From positions 28,644,001 to 28,708,000 of the forward strand of contig OZ024750.1 in the NCBI GenBank assembly GCA_964016885.1: 64,000 nucleotides of DNA. The letters run 5' to 3'. Shown piece by piece: positions 1-14,467 of the stretch (the stretch's first letter is position 1; every line of letters starts with the position of its first letter). Made by a program: the position numbers and the translations under genes. This DNA comes from Eledone cirrhosa (Eukaryota). Under the pieces are notes generated by a model that saw only the letters and a program-made list of their open reading frames with translations, searched no databases and was not told the origin of the DNA.

Positions 1-90
1 CTCGGCGGGATTTGAACTCAGACCGTAAAGGGACGGAACTATGCTGGAAAGCATGGCGTCTGACCCTCTACCGATACTGTCAATCCACCG
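1..90 (-). mobile_element. tRNA-derived SINE (Nin/Deu-like domain family), 5' half, cut by the window edge
   Basis: Reverse complement of the SINE head seen at 104-287 (B box GAGTTCAAATCC). Confidence 0.85.
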
Positions 91-103
91 ATAATAATAT
101 TAT

Positions 104-287
104 GTGGATTGGCAGTATCGGTAGAGGGTCGGACGCCATGCTTTCCAGCATAGTTACGTCCCTTTACGATCTGAGTTCAAATCCCGCCGAGGTTGACTTT
201 GCCTTTCATCCTCACGGGGTCGATAAAATAAAGTACCAGTAATGCACTGGGTAATTTGCTGGCCTTGTGCCTAACGTAGAAACAAAT
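104..287 (+). mobile_element. tRNA-derived SINE, near full length (reference copy of the dominant family)
   Basis: A-box-like TGGCAGTATCGG, B box GAGTTCAAATCC, central GCCTTTCATCCTxxCGGGGTCGATAAAATAAAGTACCAG resembling the Nin/Deu SINE domain, and an AT-rich tail. More than 25 related copies occur in the window. Confidence 0.85.
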
Positions 288-291
288 AATA

Positions 292-1700
<1,409 letters not shown>

Positions 1701-2140
1701 AACATTCAAATACATTTCGATCCCTTGTTGCACATCTGCGTACCTCTTATTCAAGAAACAACGCGCAAAGTAAAGCCTCGATTATCGATCAATGGACGAA
1801 TCATGTTTCACCAGTAACCCAAACAATGCCCTGTATCTGTAATATGATAGAAAGCCAACACCTACTTCCACGCTTAACATATGCTACAAGTTACATGCAC
1901 CCTAAGTACTGTCTTCAGCTTTTATAATAATCAGGAGCGGGTAAGGGCGGGGTTGCTTATTTACTTTAGTTTTTTTGTGGTGTATATATCAAGACAAAGA
2001 CGATGTAAGCTAACAGGTCGTGGTTGAATAATGTTTTAAATAGCGGAAACTTTAGAACCAGTTAGTTATTATTCTGACACTAGTTAGTGAAATAATATTT
2101 TGACATGATGAAATAAATAATAAATATAAAGTAAATTTAG

Positions 2141-2463
2141 ATTAGAGAATCACTCCAGGTAGAGCCGCTACTTCTCTGAATTGAGAGATGAGATCACAGC
2201 TCTGATACTATGGGTCTGAGGTTAGAATGTCTCAGGAAAGAATCGCTGGACAGTTTTTTCGGGCAAAACCAACAGATAGATGGCCCGGGGGGGGGGGGGG
2301 GTAGACCCCGAGTAAGATGGTTGAATAACATCCATGAGCTTTGTTGGTCACGCTTAGGGATCCAGCTGGATCAGTTGGAGACGGTTGCTTCTGATAGGAC
2401 CCGCTGGAGGGAGTGTTTGAGGACTCTGCCCCTACCACCCTCTGAGGAATGTGGGCGAAGAAG
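2141..2463 (+). mobile_element. RTE-clade LINE 3' fragment (Rex3/Expander-like C-terminus), degenerate
   Basis: Frameshifted IRESLQVEPLLL...GRPRVRWLNNIHELCWSRLGIQLDQLETVASDRTRWRE, ending in GGGCGAAGAAG. Confidence 0.8.
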
Positions 2464-2640
2464 TAAATTTAGATGGGGTGTGGGGAGGTGTGGGGGAGTA
2501 AATCATTTTTTTAGTAGTTAAAATAATTCTTTCTCGATGTAATTACTTTAGTTCCAACAGATATATCGAGCCACCGTAAGAATATTTACTTTTCTTCAAT
2601 TTAAGTTGACTTTTTCTCATTCACCAATTGTTCCTTTTCC

Positions 2641-3240
2641 CTTAGCGTTGGACAATATGCTTTGTAGCATAGAGTTATGACCTTTTACGTTCTGGGTTCA
2701 AATCCCGCTGAGGTTAGCTTTGCCTTTCATCCTTACGGGGTTGATAAAATGAAGCACCAGCAATGCATTGGGGTCAATTTAATCGACTTTGCCCTCCCGT
2801 TCAAATTACTATAGCCTTATGCCTAAAGTAAAAACAATTATTATTATTAAGCTTCGGACAACATGCTTTATGGCATAAAGTTACGGCCCTTTACGTTCTG
2901 ATTTTAAATTCTGTGGAAGTTAGCTTTGCCTGTCGTCCTTCCTTACGGGGTCGATAAAATAAAGCACCAGTAATGCACTGGGATCGATTTAATCGACTTT
3001 GCCTTCCCCAAAAATGCTTGGCCTTGTGCCTAAAGTAGAAAAAAACATATCATTGTGGATTAGCAGTATCGGTAGAGGGTCGGACGCCATGCTTTGCAGT
3101 ACAGTTACGCCCCTTTACGGACTAAGTTCAAATCCCGCCGCGGTTAACTTTGCCTTTCATCCTTACGGTGTCGATAAAATAAAGTACCAGTAATACCCTG
3201 AGATAATTGTTGTCCTTGTGCCAAAAGTAGAAACAATTAT
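2641..3240 (+). mobile_element. Three tandem SINE copies (about 2641-2845, 2853-3048, 3054-3240)
   Basis: Each has the B box and the TCATCCTTACGGGGTCGATAAAAT domain. Confidence 0.85.
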
Positions 3241-3499
3241 TATTATTTATTTAGTAAATATATTGTAATCTTCCGGGAAGCCAATTACTCGAACCTGTTT
3301 TAATTGATGATTGAAGCTAATTTAGAGAAACAGCTGACACCAGCGATGAGTCATCAGCGATAAAACAAATTTATTCGTCCTGTTAATAAATGTTTGGCTT
3401 TACCACTAAACAGGAATTAATACTTTCACAATAAAGTCAAGATATTAGGGTATTTCTCTCTAGACGCTAACTCCGCCAGTTGCAGACTGCACATCAACA

Positions 3500-3880
3500 T
3501 GAGATATTTTCTCCACAAAGTTCGATCACCAACAGCAGAGTTTAAAGAGCAATGGTCAAGTCCAGTCCATAGGTTGACATTATCAAGCCATTGTTTTGGC
3601 TACTGACGTCTACTTCTCTTACCAGCCAACTTTCCTTTTAGGCATAACTTACTCACACCACGAGTTGAGCTTTTGATATGACCATACAGTTTAAGCACTC
3701 TTGACCTGACAACCGATGTAATTGGTCTAAGCCTGGTAATGTTGAGCAGCCCACTGATACAGATACGGTCGCTGAGCCGCTTGCCAGTCATAAGTTTCAT
3801 GATGTCGTTTTGGATTGTAGAGAGCCTCTTAAGTAACCTTGTCGTCCAATTAACAGAATCAAGACCATATGACAGTAAGA
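3500..3880 (-). mobile_element. Second RTE-like LINE family, degenerate C-terminal fragment
   Basis: Translation RVLKLYGHIKSS...GKLAGKRSRRQ*PKQWLDNV matches the RTE C-terminal pattern (GH...G+R.RGRP...W.D). In-frame stop present. Confidence 0.65.
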
Positions 3881-4959
3881 TGTAAATATCGAAGATATTA
3901 AAATCGTTATTTAGTACTAAACAAATGACAGCAGAGATAGCAATTATGTAGTTCAGGGTATCGCTTTTTTTAATTCATATTCTTCTATGGTCTTTAAACG
4001 CTGATCAAAATATCCACATGTCCTATATATTACCATTATCGTACTATTATAGCATTATAGTATTGTCTAGATTCTGGTTCAACTATATAGTAGCTTGTAC
4101 TCCAGAGTTAACTCAGTGTCCTCTGTCCGTCTCGATAGAACTTTATTTATGTTTTACAGAATTCACTTCGGTCAACCACGGTCATCAGTTCAAATCACAT
4201 TTACTTGGACATTGAGTTGATAACTCCAACTATATGATCATCAAAACCAGTTATTAGAGACACACATTTATATATAACATCAATGACAGCTACGTATTAG
4301 ACAATATTTCTTTCCTTTTGTTAATTATTACTTATTGGTGACAGTAAAGGTTCTTAACTCCTGATGGAGACATAGTTGTGCTGCATTGACACTGGGTGGG
4401 CTTTGGGCATATTTTAAAACTTTAGCTGAGCTCATTCTTCTTCAAGTCTGAACACAATCGATATCTTCCAGATAAGACAATGAGAGGAGGTAGAAAAAGA
4501 TAGAAGAATCGATCCAGTATTGAACTGGTACTTTATTCGTCAATTTTGAAAGCATGAAATGTAATATTATCGAGAGTGAGTAAATTAAGTGCAATGGAGT
4601 GTGTGAAATGTAAGATACCCGATTACCTTTGTCACACCCCTGTTTGTATTGAATAAAATATAGGGGAAACGCAGACGTTTTGTTGTGAAACAAAAGAAAT
4701 TATTTGTGGTTTCTTGGAAATGTACTTTCGTAAATTTCAGTGTTCGATGGTTGCAAGAAAATAAAAGGAAGACGATATTGAATTGATGTATTAGATTCTT
4801 TTTAATGTTGCCTCATACTTACATAGATCAACTGATAAGAATATACCGTATTTCCCGGCGCCGAAGACGCTTCCTTCTCGAGGACGCACCCTTACTTTGA
4901 CAACCAAAAATTTGGAAAAAAAATAATAAATAACGTTTGGCCTCCAGGACGCATCCAGA

Positions 4960-5162
4960 AACAGTATCAATAGAGCGTCGGACACTAGGCTTTGCGGCAT
5001 AGAGTTATGGCCCTTTACGTTCTGAGTTCAAATCCCGCAGAGATTAGCTTTGCCTTTCATTCTTACGGGGTCGATAAATAAAGCACCAGTAATGCACTGG
5101 GGTCGATTTAATCGACTTTCTCTTCCCCCAAAATTGCTGGCCTTGTGCCTATAGTAGAAATC
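4960..5162 (+). mobile_element. SINE copy
   Basis: Similarity to 104-287. Confidence 0.85.
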
Positions 5163-5814
5163 ATTAATTAATGAGTAGATATCTTGTAAATTTGTTGGGA
5201 GACCTTTAGAAACAAGATGATTAAAATAAACTGGCTAAATGGTATTTGTTGCACAGTTTGTGTATAAAACAAAATAATTAATAGGAATAAATAAATGGAT
5301 TATATAATGTATTATTTTCTAAATAATATTATAGATGTTTGTTTTTCATATGGGATACATTTCCGTTGGGCCTTATCTATGGAAACAAACACAAAAAGAA
5401 ACGAAATCTTAAGGACAGGTGAACTGTGCATCATTTTGGTAACTAATATTGTCTAGCTAACCTTCTTATGAATGTCATTGTCATTTCTCTCCAAAGTTTC
5501 AGCTTGGAAAACAAACACAACAAAATGCCATTTCATATTGCGTCACTCTAATATTTGTCTTACTTAGTATAGAGTTTCAATGCAGGACACTGATTTCCCA
5601 CGAAAAAACTAACCAGTCACCAGAGAAGTTTATATGAAATATTTTATATCAAATAGGTTATATTTTAATATCATCTTCTTTGTTATTTTCTACGAATTAT
5701 CAAAAGTATCTAATAAAATATATTTTGGAATTCTGGGCTTAAATCCTGCTGGTTCCAATTCCTGGATCGATAACATCAATACAAATCATGGAATGAAGTC
5801 GGTATAATCCGTTT

Positions 5815-6265
5815 TCTTCTTCTTCGCGTACTTATTCCTGAGAGGATCGTGGGGGGCAGAGTCCTGTCAGAAGCAACTGCCTCCAAGTGATCCGGTTAGA
5901 TCCCCAAGCGTGACCAGCCAAGCTCATGGATGTTAGCTAACCATCTTGCTCGGGGTCTATCTCTAGGCCTCCTATCGGTTGATTTTGCCCGTAAAACCTG
6001 TCCAACGATTCTTTCCTGAGACATTCTAACCACATGTTCATAGTATTGGAGCTGTGATCCCTTAATTCGAAGAAGTAGCGGCTCTACCTGGAGCGACTTT
6101 CTGATTTCCATGCTACACATTCTTTCCTGAGACATTCTAACAACATGCCCATAGTATCGGAGCTGTGATGATCTCTCAGTTTGGAGAAGTAGTGGCTCTA
6201 CCTGGAGTGACTCTCTGATCTCCGAGCTACACACTACTTCAAAGACCCTTGGGAGGAATCCCATT
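5815..6265 (-). mobile_element. RTE-clade LINE 3' fragment with internal duplication
   Basis: ORF 5896-6264 contains SLQVEPLLL...HVVRMSQER twice, then RPRDRPRARWLANIHELGWSRLGI, followed by a (GAA)n tail. Confidence 0.85.
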
Positions 6266-6449
6266 TAAATATATCGCCTTGTACATATATCAGAAATCAT
6301 GGATTGGAAGAAAATTGTTAGAGCATCGTACGTAATAATTTGTTGATATTTCTTCCATCTGTTTGTCTTCACCTATCAAGGTCAACTTTAACGATCATCA
6401 TTCCTAGGTCAATAAAATAACGTACTGGAGTTCATATAGTCGTCTATAG

Positions 6450-7120
6450 CAGCAATCCCCAACAGGCCGGACGCCGTACCGGAACCGGGCCGCATACCAA
6501 TTGATACTGGGCCACATAGAAACAATAACTTCTCTTCTTCTATGTTATTCACTATTGCAGTCTACCTTAAGTTGAGTTCAGTCTACATTATATTGAGTAG
6601 CGTCTACCTCAAGTTGACTTGAGCCTACCTCAAGTTAAGTAGCGTCTGCCTTAAGTTGAATTGAGTCTACCTTAAGTTGAGTCTGCCTTATATCAAGTTG
6701 AGTCTACCTTAAGTTGAGTCTGCCTTAAGTTGAGTTGAGCCACATTTACACTCAAAATGTAATGATTAAATTAATAGTTTTTATTTTAGGCATACGGCCA
6801 CCAATTTGAAGGGGAGGCGAAAGTCGATTAAATCGATTCAGTGCGTTACTGGTACTGTTTATCGACCCCTTAGGGGTGAAAAGCAAAGCTAACCTCTGCG
6901 GGATTTGAACTTAGAATGTAAAGGGCCGTAACTCAATGCTGCAAAGCATATTGTCCGCGACACTCTACTGATAATACCAATACACTGCCCAAATAATAAA
7001 ATTATATAATATGCACTTTATTGTTTATTATTTTGTTATGCACGTGACCGACTCCAACCCCACCCACCTCGATCTTTGGACAAATTATCTTGCATGAAAC
7101 CGGTCTGGGTGTAAAAAGGT
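6450..7120 (+). mobile_element. hAT/Charlie-type (MER1-like) MITE with a nested SINE (6788-6990, -) and short tandem repeat (about 6560-6742)
   Basis: Left end CAGCAATCCCCAAC...GGAACCGGGCCGCA. Right end GGACAAATTATCTTGCATGAAACCGGTC...AAAAAGGT (TIR truncated). Both resemble recalled MER1-type ends. Confidence 0.6.
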
Positions 7121-7157
7121 CTTGTGCCTATCCAAGAAACTATTATTATTACTGTTA

Positions 7158-7640
7158 TTACGATCTGAGTTCAAATCCCGCCGAGGTTGACTTTGCCTTT
7201 CATCCTTACGGGGTCGATAAAATAAAGTACCAGTAATGCACTGGGTAATTGCTGGCCTTGTGGCTAAAGTAGAAACAATTATTACTGTTATTAATTGTTT
7301 CTACTTTTGGCACAAGGCCAGCAATTCACCAGTGTATTACTGGTACTTTATTTTATCGACCCCGTAAGGATGAAAGGCAAAGTTAACCTCGGCGGGATTT
7401 GAACTCAGAATGGCAAGGGCTGTAACTGGCGGTGGATTGGCAGTATTGGCGGTGGATTGGCAGTATCGATAGAGGGTCGGACACCATGCTTTCACGCATA
7501 GTTACGGCCCTTTATGATCTGAGTTCAAATCCCGCCGAGGTTAACTTTGCCTTTCATCCTTACGGGGTCGATAAAATAAAGTACCAGTAATACACTGGTT
7601 AATTGCTGGCCTTGTGCCAAAAGTAGAAACAATTATTACT
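7158..7640. mobile_element. SINE cluster: 7158-7285 (+), 7293-7428 (-), 7428-7640 (+, duplicated head)
   Basis: Near-identical SINE segments in alternating orientation. Confidence 0.85.
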
Positions 7641-7714
7641 GTTATTAGTGGCATAAGAGCGGTAGAACGGTGGTATCAGTTGAACGTCGCACATGCTTTC
7701 TTTATAGTTTAGGC

Positions 7715-8011
7715 CAGTCGTGGGCAACCTGCGGCCCGTGAAGCTCTCTGAATGGCTTGTCTAAGTTACCTAAGTGAAATCTTTCTGATTTTTTTACCCC
7801 AACTTTTCAGTCGTAATTTATCTTTCTATCATGTTTACGATCGAGGAAAACAACGTGTACGAATCCTGAATGAACAAATCAAAACAACCTGAGTTACCTT
7901 TTTTTTTTCTTTTTTCTTTATGTGGGCAAGAATGTAAATTAGCGCTTGCTGCCCGCCTGATGATGAGCCATATCTCATGCGGTCCGCTTCTCAAAAAAGT
8001 TGCCATGCCTG
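7715..8011. mobile_element. hAT MITE inserted into a SINE (host about 7670-8165)
   Basis: TIRs CAGTCGTGGGCAAC / GTTGCCATGCCTG. 8-bp TSD GTTTAGGC / GTTTAGGT. Confidence 0.75.
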
Positions 8012-8433
8012 GTTTAGGTCCTTTACGTTCTGAGTCCAAATCCCGCCCCGGATAGCATTGTCTTTCATCCTTCCGAGGTCGATAAAATAAAGTACCAGTC
8101 GATTTAATCGACTTTTCTCTCCCCTAAAATCGTTGGCCTTGTACCTAAATCAGAAACAATTATTCATTTCTTCAAAGAAGGTTTCACAAGCAGACTTCAG
8201 ATCTCCCCCTCTCTCCACTCCTAGCGGAATAAAAACTACACTTATTATAATTGTTTCACTTCTGTCACTTATTACACAGTTACCACCGAATAGGGGTGAA
8301 CTTCATTTCCTCAATGTTTATTTATCTGTACCTAAAACCCTAACATAAAGTTAGAACCCACCACATCCATCTGATAATTGACTTCTCACCGTACTGAATT
8401 CTCAAGGCAAACTATATTATTCCTTAACAGCTA

Positions 8434-8467
<34 letters not shown>

Positions 8468-8655
8468 TGTAATCAACATCGCTACTAATTCGACAATTTC
8501 TTAGGTATAAACGCCTTGATATAAAAATTGCTAATTGTTGGGGCGGGGCATGATAGCATTTCTTTTTAGTGGTGTGTTTAATTGAACACACACATATATA
8601 TATATATGTGTGTATGACAGTTGAAAATTGCAAACTTGACTGTCACCACACATTA

Positions 8656-8694
8656 TGAACCTGAAGATTGCGAAAGCATGAAAGTACTTGTTCA
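8656..8694 (+). ncRNA. Minimal type I hammerhead ribozyme
   Basis: TGAAC-CTGAAGA-tTGC(GAAA)GCAt-GAA-AGTACT-T-GTTCA: 5-bp stem I, GNRA-capped stem II, palindromic stem III, CUU triplet. Confidence 0.65.
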
Positions 8695-8868
8695 AATAAC
8701 ACTTAACATTTAATATTCTACCATACTATTTCATTCTAATACCATTATAAATTTTAAAGGATTGTAAATAAAACGAGTAAATCAGACAAAGTTGGAATTC
8801 CTGTTATTAATATAATCTTCTATACACAATCATACACACCCGTGTATAATTATCTATCTATATATCTA

Positions 8869-8965
<97 letters not shown>

Positions 8966-9177
8966 ATAAATATATATATATATATAGTTCAAGAATAGTT
9001 AAGACAGAGATGCAAAAACACAGTGTTTTTAGTTTCCCGCATATGTCCGTGTCTGTGTAGTTGAAGAGACAATTTCTTATTCTTTATTAGTATAGTCACA
9101 TTCAAGTATTTTGTCAACTTTTTGTTTGGAGCAACAAACTTCTTAAATCCAGAATTCATTTCTATAATAAAAAGAAG

Positions 9178-9230
<53 letters not shown>

Positions 9231-9358
9231 AAAGTTTTATTTAAAATTTTTGGGTTACAACAAGTAAATATTTTATAACCGATATAAAGCACTCGACAAG
9301 TTTTTGGAGTAGATATACGATAGTAAACAAATGGAAACTATATTTATAAAACCATATT

Positions 9359-9424
9359 TATTTCATTATACATATTTCAGGGATACCATATTAAAAATAT
9401 GGCATGCCTTCGTCAGATAAAATA
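9359..9424 (-). ncRNA. Hammerhead ribozyme (left arm of fold-back 9313-9614)
   Basis: Reverse complement of 9503-9568. Confidence 0.75.
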
Positions 9425-9502
9425 CAATATATAAACTGTTTTATAAATGGTCGCTTATATTTATGGTACGTCAAAATTATTTATAAAACAGTTTATATAT
9501 TG

Positions 9503-9568
9503 TATTTTATCTGACGAAGGCATGCCATATTTTTAATATGGTATCCCTGAAATATGTATAATGAAATA
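9503..9568 (+). ncRNA. Hammerhead ribozyme (right arm of fold-back)
   Basis: TATTTTAT-CTGACGA-aggcatgccatatt...aatatggtatccct-GAA-ATATGTAT-A-ATGAAATA. Confidence 0.75.
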
Positions 9569-9608
9569 AATATGGTTTTATAAATATAGTTTCCATTTGT
9601 TTACTATC

Positions 9609-9639
<31 letters not shown>

Positions 9640-9681
9640 TTTGGTTTCTGGGGTATATCATTATTTATAAAACAAATTTTG

Positions 9682-9742
9682 TATTTTATCTGATGAAAGC
9701 AACCAAAGTTTTTGGTACCCTTGAAATATATATAATAAAATA
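9682..9742 (+). ncRNA. Hammerhead ribozyme, same family, imperfect stem II
   Basis: TATTTTAT-CTGATGA-...-GAA-ATATATAT-A-ATAAAATA. Confidence 0.65.
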
Positions 9743-9867
9743 AATATGGTTTTATAAATATAGTTTCCATTTATTAATATCATTGATATATATATATATC
9801 AATGATATTAATAAATGGAAACTATATTTATAAAACCATATTTATATATATATATACATATATATAT

Positions 9868-10050
9868 AATTGTTTCTACTTTAGGCACAAGGCCAGCAAT
9901 TATCCCAGTGCATTACTGATACTTTATTTTATCGACCCCTTAAGGATGAAAGGCAAAGTTAACCTTGGCTGGATTTGAACTCAAACCGTAAAGGGGCATA
10001 ACTCTATGCATGGCGTCTGACCCTCTACCGATACTGCCAATCCACCGCCC
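9868..10050 (-). mobile_element. SINE copy
   Basis: Reverse complement of the family consensus. Confidence 0.85.
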
Positions 10051-10417
10051 TATCCTATATAATGTCATACATTCCCCTCTCGTGTAATACGCATCAGGTG
10101 GTATATTTATCACGTCCGTCTGAAAACGGTTTTGGCTAGCAACATGAGAAGACGTTTATTTCATTTGATAGACATGATGTCTGCTTCAAAGTTTGCAGCC
10201 ATTTTAAATACGGCAAAATGTCAAAGGTTTTTTGTGCTTTAGAAGTAATAACCATGAGAATAAAGAAAAAAGTTATTAGTTCTTACTGTATGAACATCTA
10301 TAATTTCATTTATTTTTAATTAATTCTTTTCATCTTTTATTAAATCTTAGTTGGGTGAAATATAATTGATGTGTGCTTTTATAAGCAACATATACATATT
10401 ATATATATATTATATAT

Positions 10418-10466
<49 letters not shown>

Positions 10467-10566
10467 TTACAAATCTATAAAGTTTAACTAGTCAACCATA
10501 CCACAGACTGGCCTCAAGTTTAATCCTGTGTTTCGTTAACATTGTGACTTTGCACCTTAGCATCAA

Positions 10567-10855
10567 CTCCCCTTCTCACCTCCTTCCGTTTTCTCTCTCC
10601 CTCTCCCTCTCATTCTCTCCCTCTCTCACTCTCACTCTCTCCCCCTCCCTCCCTTCTCTCCCTCCCTTCTCTCCCTCCCTTCTCTCCCTCTCACTCTCCC
10701 TCTCACTCTCTCCCTCTCACTCTCTCACTCTCACTCTCTCACTCTCACTCTCTCCCTCTCACTCTCACTCTCACTCTCTCACTCTCACTCTCACTCTCCC
10801 TCTCACTCTCTCACTCCACCTCTCAACCCACCCCCTCCCTCTTTCTCTCCTTCCG
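10567..10855. repeat. (CT)/(CTCACT)-rich low-complexity tract
   Basis: Directly visible. Confidence 0.9.
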
Positions 10856-11031
10856 CCACTTTTTCGTCCCTGCTAATTTAAATACCATAAGTGTAACAAA
10901 ATTATATAATATAAAACCTGATCAACTTTTGTGAACAAACAGTATTTTCATAATAAACATATATAGATTGTATTCAATACATGTGTGGAAGTGACGTCCG
11001 AACGAGTATCCTCCACTACCAACTAACTTAC

Positions 11032-11180
11032 CCTCCGCCTCTGGGTCCTGCCCCTGAAGACAGCGAGGAAGACGTGCTAGAACAGCCACTCCAGCTCGAG
11101 GGGTTCGCACATGCGGGCGGCCAACTCCTTTCCGTATATATGGTATAGTTCTGCTCAAAGTTTGAAGTAAGCACGGCCAT
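11032..11180 (-). CDS. Candidate first coding segment of a spliced gene (MAVLTSNFEQNYTIYTERSWPPACANPSSWSGCSSTSSSLSSGAGPRGG...), product unknown
   Basis: GC-richer non-repetitive island. Minus-strand acceptor TTTTCATATCTAG before 11238, AAAGATGG start context at 11180, open frame to a strong donor G|GTAAGT at 11031. No homolog recognised. Confidence 0.4.
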
Positions 11181-11299
11181 CTTTAATGACGTTGGACGTC
11201 CATATATTTTGAGGAGGAATAGAAGCCGATACCTTGTTCTAGATATGAAAACTTCGTGCTGTATTCTTTTACTGTGTGTCTTCTAATATGGCTGAGAAG

Positions 11300-12066
11300 A
11301 TGATATTTTTATATCCAATATACCGCAATATCGTAGTATTTTCATGCAGTTTTCTGTATAGCCAAAAAACTGTAGTATGATAACATTCCCCTGCAGTTTT
11401 CTTTATATTCCAATAAACAGTAATATGATGGCATTCCCATGCAGTTTTCTTCATATCCGATAGACCGTAACATGATTGCTTTCCCGTGCAGTTGACTGTA
11501 TATCCTTTAAACAGAAGTATTATGACTTCCCCATGCAGTTTTCTTCATATCCGATAAACTGTAGTATGATGGCATTCCCATGCAGTTGACTGTATATCCT
11601 TTAAACAGAAGTATTATGACTTCCCCGTGCAGTTTTCTTCATATCCGATAAACTGTAGTATGATGGCTTTCCCATGCAGTTGACTGTATATCCTTTAAAC
11701 AGAAGTATTATGACTTCCCCATGCAGTTTTCTTCATATCCGATAAACTGTAGTATGATGGCATTCCCATGCAGTTGACTGTATATCCTTTAAACAGAAGT
11801 ATTATGACTTCCCCGTGCAGTTTTCTTCATATCCGATAAACTGTAGTATGATGGCATTCCCATGCAGTTGACTGTATATCCTTTAAACAGAAGTATTATG
11901 ACTTCCCCATGCAGTTTTCTTCATATCCGATAAACTGTAGTATGATGGCATTCCCATGCAGTTGACTGTATATCCTTTAAACAGAAGTATTATGACTTCC
12001 CCGTGCAGTTTTCTTCATATCCGATAAACTGTAGTATGATGGCTTTCCCATGCAGTTTTCTTCATT
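11300..12066. repeat. 47-bp minisatellite with alternating A/B monomers (94-bp dimer)
   Basis: ATGCAGTTTTCTTCATATCCGATAAACTG... alternates with ATGCAGTTGACTGTATATCCTTTAAACAG... at 47-bp spacing (11533, 11580, 11627). Confidence 0.92.
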
Positions 12067-12409
12067 GAGTTCTAACAACGTTATCAGCCCTACCTCAACC
12101 AGGCAATTTATAAAATCCTTGTTTAAATTATAAAATCCTTGTTAATCTTTCGTTTTATATAAATGTGTGCACGAGCACGCAAACTTAAATTTATGTCTGT
12201 GTATGTGTGAAAACAGTTGTATGAAAATGCACGCCTTTGTATTTACATATTAACGGATATATTTTGTAATGTACCGTGAGAGGAGGGGTGTGAGAAGGGA
12301 TGTATATCTTGCACAGCAATCTGTCTTTTCTAGCACCTTTGTACAGTGCATTCTTAATGAAGTAACGGACTCTCTCACTCCCCTATTTCCCCCTTTCTCT
12401 CTCTTTCTT

Positions 12410-12524
<115 letters not shown>

Positions 12525-12583
12525 GTTTGTGCATAGAACAATAAGAGACAGAATTCAGGCGTGGGTAGATAGTTAGTTCATTG

Positions 12584-12615
12584 TTTTACGATCGTTTCAG
12601 AGTCTTCTTCAGAAA
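12584..12615 (-). ncRNA. Decayed hammerhead (collapsed stem II)
   Basis: Minus strand TTT-CTGAAGA-agactct-GAA-ACGATCGT-A-AAA. The same GAAACGATCGTAAAACAAT occurs at about 13631. Confidence 0.45.
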
Positions 12616-12668
12616 TACTCCATTGAGTTCTAACAACGTTATCAGCCCCACCTCAATCAGGCGAATTT

Positions 12669-12729
<61 letters not shown>

Positions 12730-12993
12730 AGAAGGCAACTCAGAAAACTGGGATAACTCCGATATAAAACGTGCGGCTCAGTAGTTACCGATGATGTTGA
12801 TCTTTTCTTCTTTTCGGTTTATAGCTACTGTCGCTCAGAGAGTGGGATTGGCTCAGTGCACAGTCTTTCTTCACTATAAAAAATATCTTCACGCACAGGC
12901 ATTGCACGATAGAATTAATTAATAATTATTAATAATGGTATATCGTGCAATGGCCATACTCGATAACGAGGGGGCAGCCATCATGTATGTATG

Positions 12994-13027
<34 letters not shown>

Positions 13028-13064
13028 AAAGGAATCAATGAATATTAACACTGATATATACATT

Positions 13065-13231
13065 CAGAGTGTATCAAAACGAATCATCCGTTTTTATTTA
13101 CATTTTTTACAAATTCTCAATAAGTAAATAACTTAATAAAAGTTATGAAAAGAATAAAACTTTATATTTATATACGTTACCGAATTATTAAATAGCCATT
13201 TGTTAAAAAAAATATAGCCTTCTTGATACAC

Positions 13232-13235
<4 letters not shown>
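13065..13235. mobile_element. Tc1/mariner-type MITE
   Basis: TIRs CAGAGTGTATCAAAA / TTCTTGATACACCCTG. Confidence 0.55.
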
Positions 13236-13301
<66 letters not shown>

Positions 13302-13395
13302 TCAAATTAAAAAAAAATTTAATTAAAAAACTTATATTATGCCATATATCAATTAGAGAAAAATATTCATACATATATATGTTAAGATACTTTAA

Positions 13396-13472
<77 letters not shown>

Positions 13473-13763
13473 AAGTTCTGTATATATATATATATACGTG
13501 TGTCCCGGGCTCAATATATACATATATATTTTTTTTTCAGCGTGGTATACCTTATATATGAGGTCTGATAATATACAGTTATATAACTGCTGCTATAGAT
13601 CAGAAAATATGTCAATATGATCAACCCTCCGAAACGATCGTAAAACAATTATATGAATAGGTAAAATAACTTGACTTTGTTACTTTTATTTTCATTGTTA
13701 ATTTAATACCTTATATTTATATATATATAAATAATATATATAATATATATATATATATATATA

Positions 13764-13796
<33 letters not shown>

Positions 13797-13829
13797 TGGA
13801 AAATGTGTGAGATCTTGGTACAGTTAGGT

Positions 13830-13992
13830 ATATTTGAAAAAAAGGAAAAGAATGACTTCACTTGTAGTGCTAAAAGATTTTTGATTTAATTTTATAATAT
13901 TATAATATTATGAGTTGGTAGAAATATAATATTATAAAATTAAATTAATTTTTTTAACACCTGAAGTGAAGTCATTCTTTTCCTTTTTAATT

Positions 13993-14031
<39 letters not shown>

Positions 14032-14117
14032 TGTAATAAACAACATAAGATAATTATTTCATTTACCAGTGGTCTGGTAAATGAAATAATTATCTTATGT
14101 TGTTTATTACATAACTA
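13830..14117. repeat. Two fold-back inserts in (TA)n: imperfect 13830-14000 and near-perfect 14027-14117
   Basis: AAAAGAATGACTTCACTT / AAGTGAAGTCATTCTTT, and TAGTTATGTAATAAACAACATAAGATAATTATTTCATTTACCAG followed by its reverse complement. Confidence 0.8.
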
Positions 14118-14187
14118 ATAAGCTCTGTAACCTACATAGAGCACTCTTTTTCCTGGACCTTTCCGACGGAATTACTTCACACATATT

Positions 14188-14278
<91 letters not shown>

Positions 14279-14467
14279 GTGTGTGTGTGTAGAAGTTATA
14301 TTTAATTTGTTGGGATTCCAACAAACATAAATGTTTATAACTAATATAGAGCACTCAACAGTTTACTGGAGTAAAATTATTACGGTTGAAAATTCGCTGG
14401 ATTCGCGAATTTTCAACCGTCAAGTTTGTTTTCCATGGTTATGTCACTATTTATAAAACAAATTTTG

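Noticed and set aside
11075-11238. Alternative frame NKVSASIPPQNIWTSNVIKDGRAYFKL-TGA-AELYHIYGKELAARMCEPLELEWLF as a possible selenoprotein or readthrough
   Set aside because: A TAG follows before the donor, no SECIS or homolog was recognised, and another frame is fully open.
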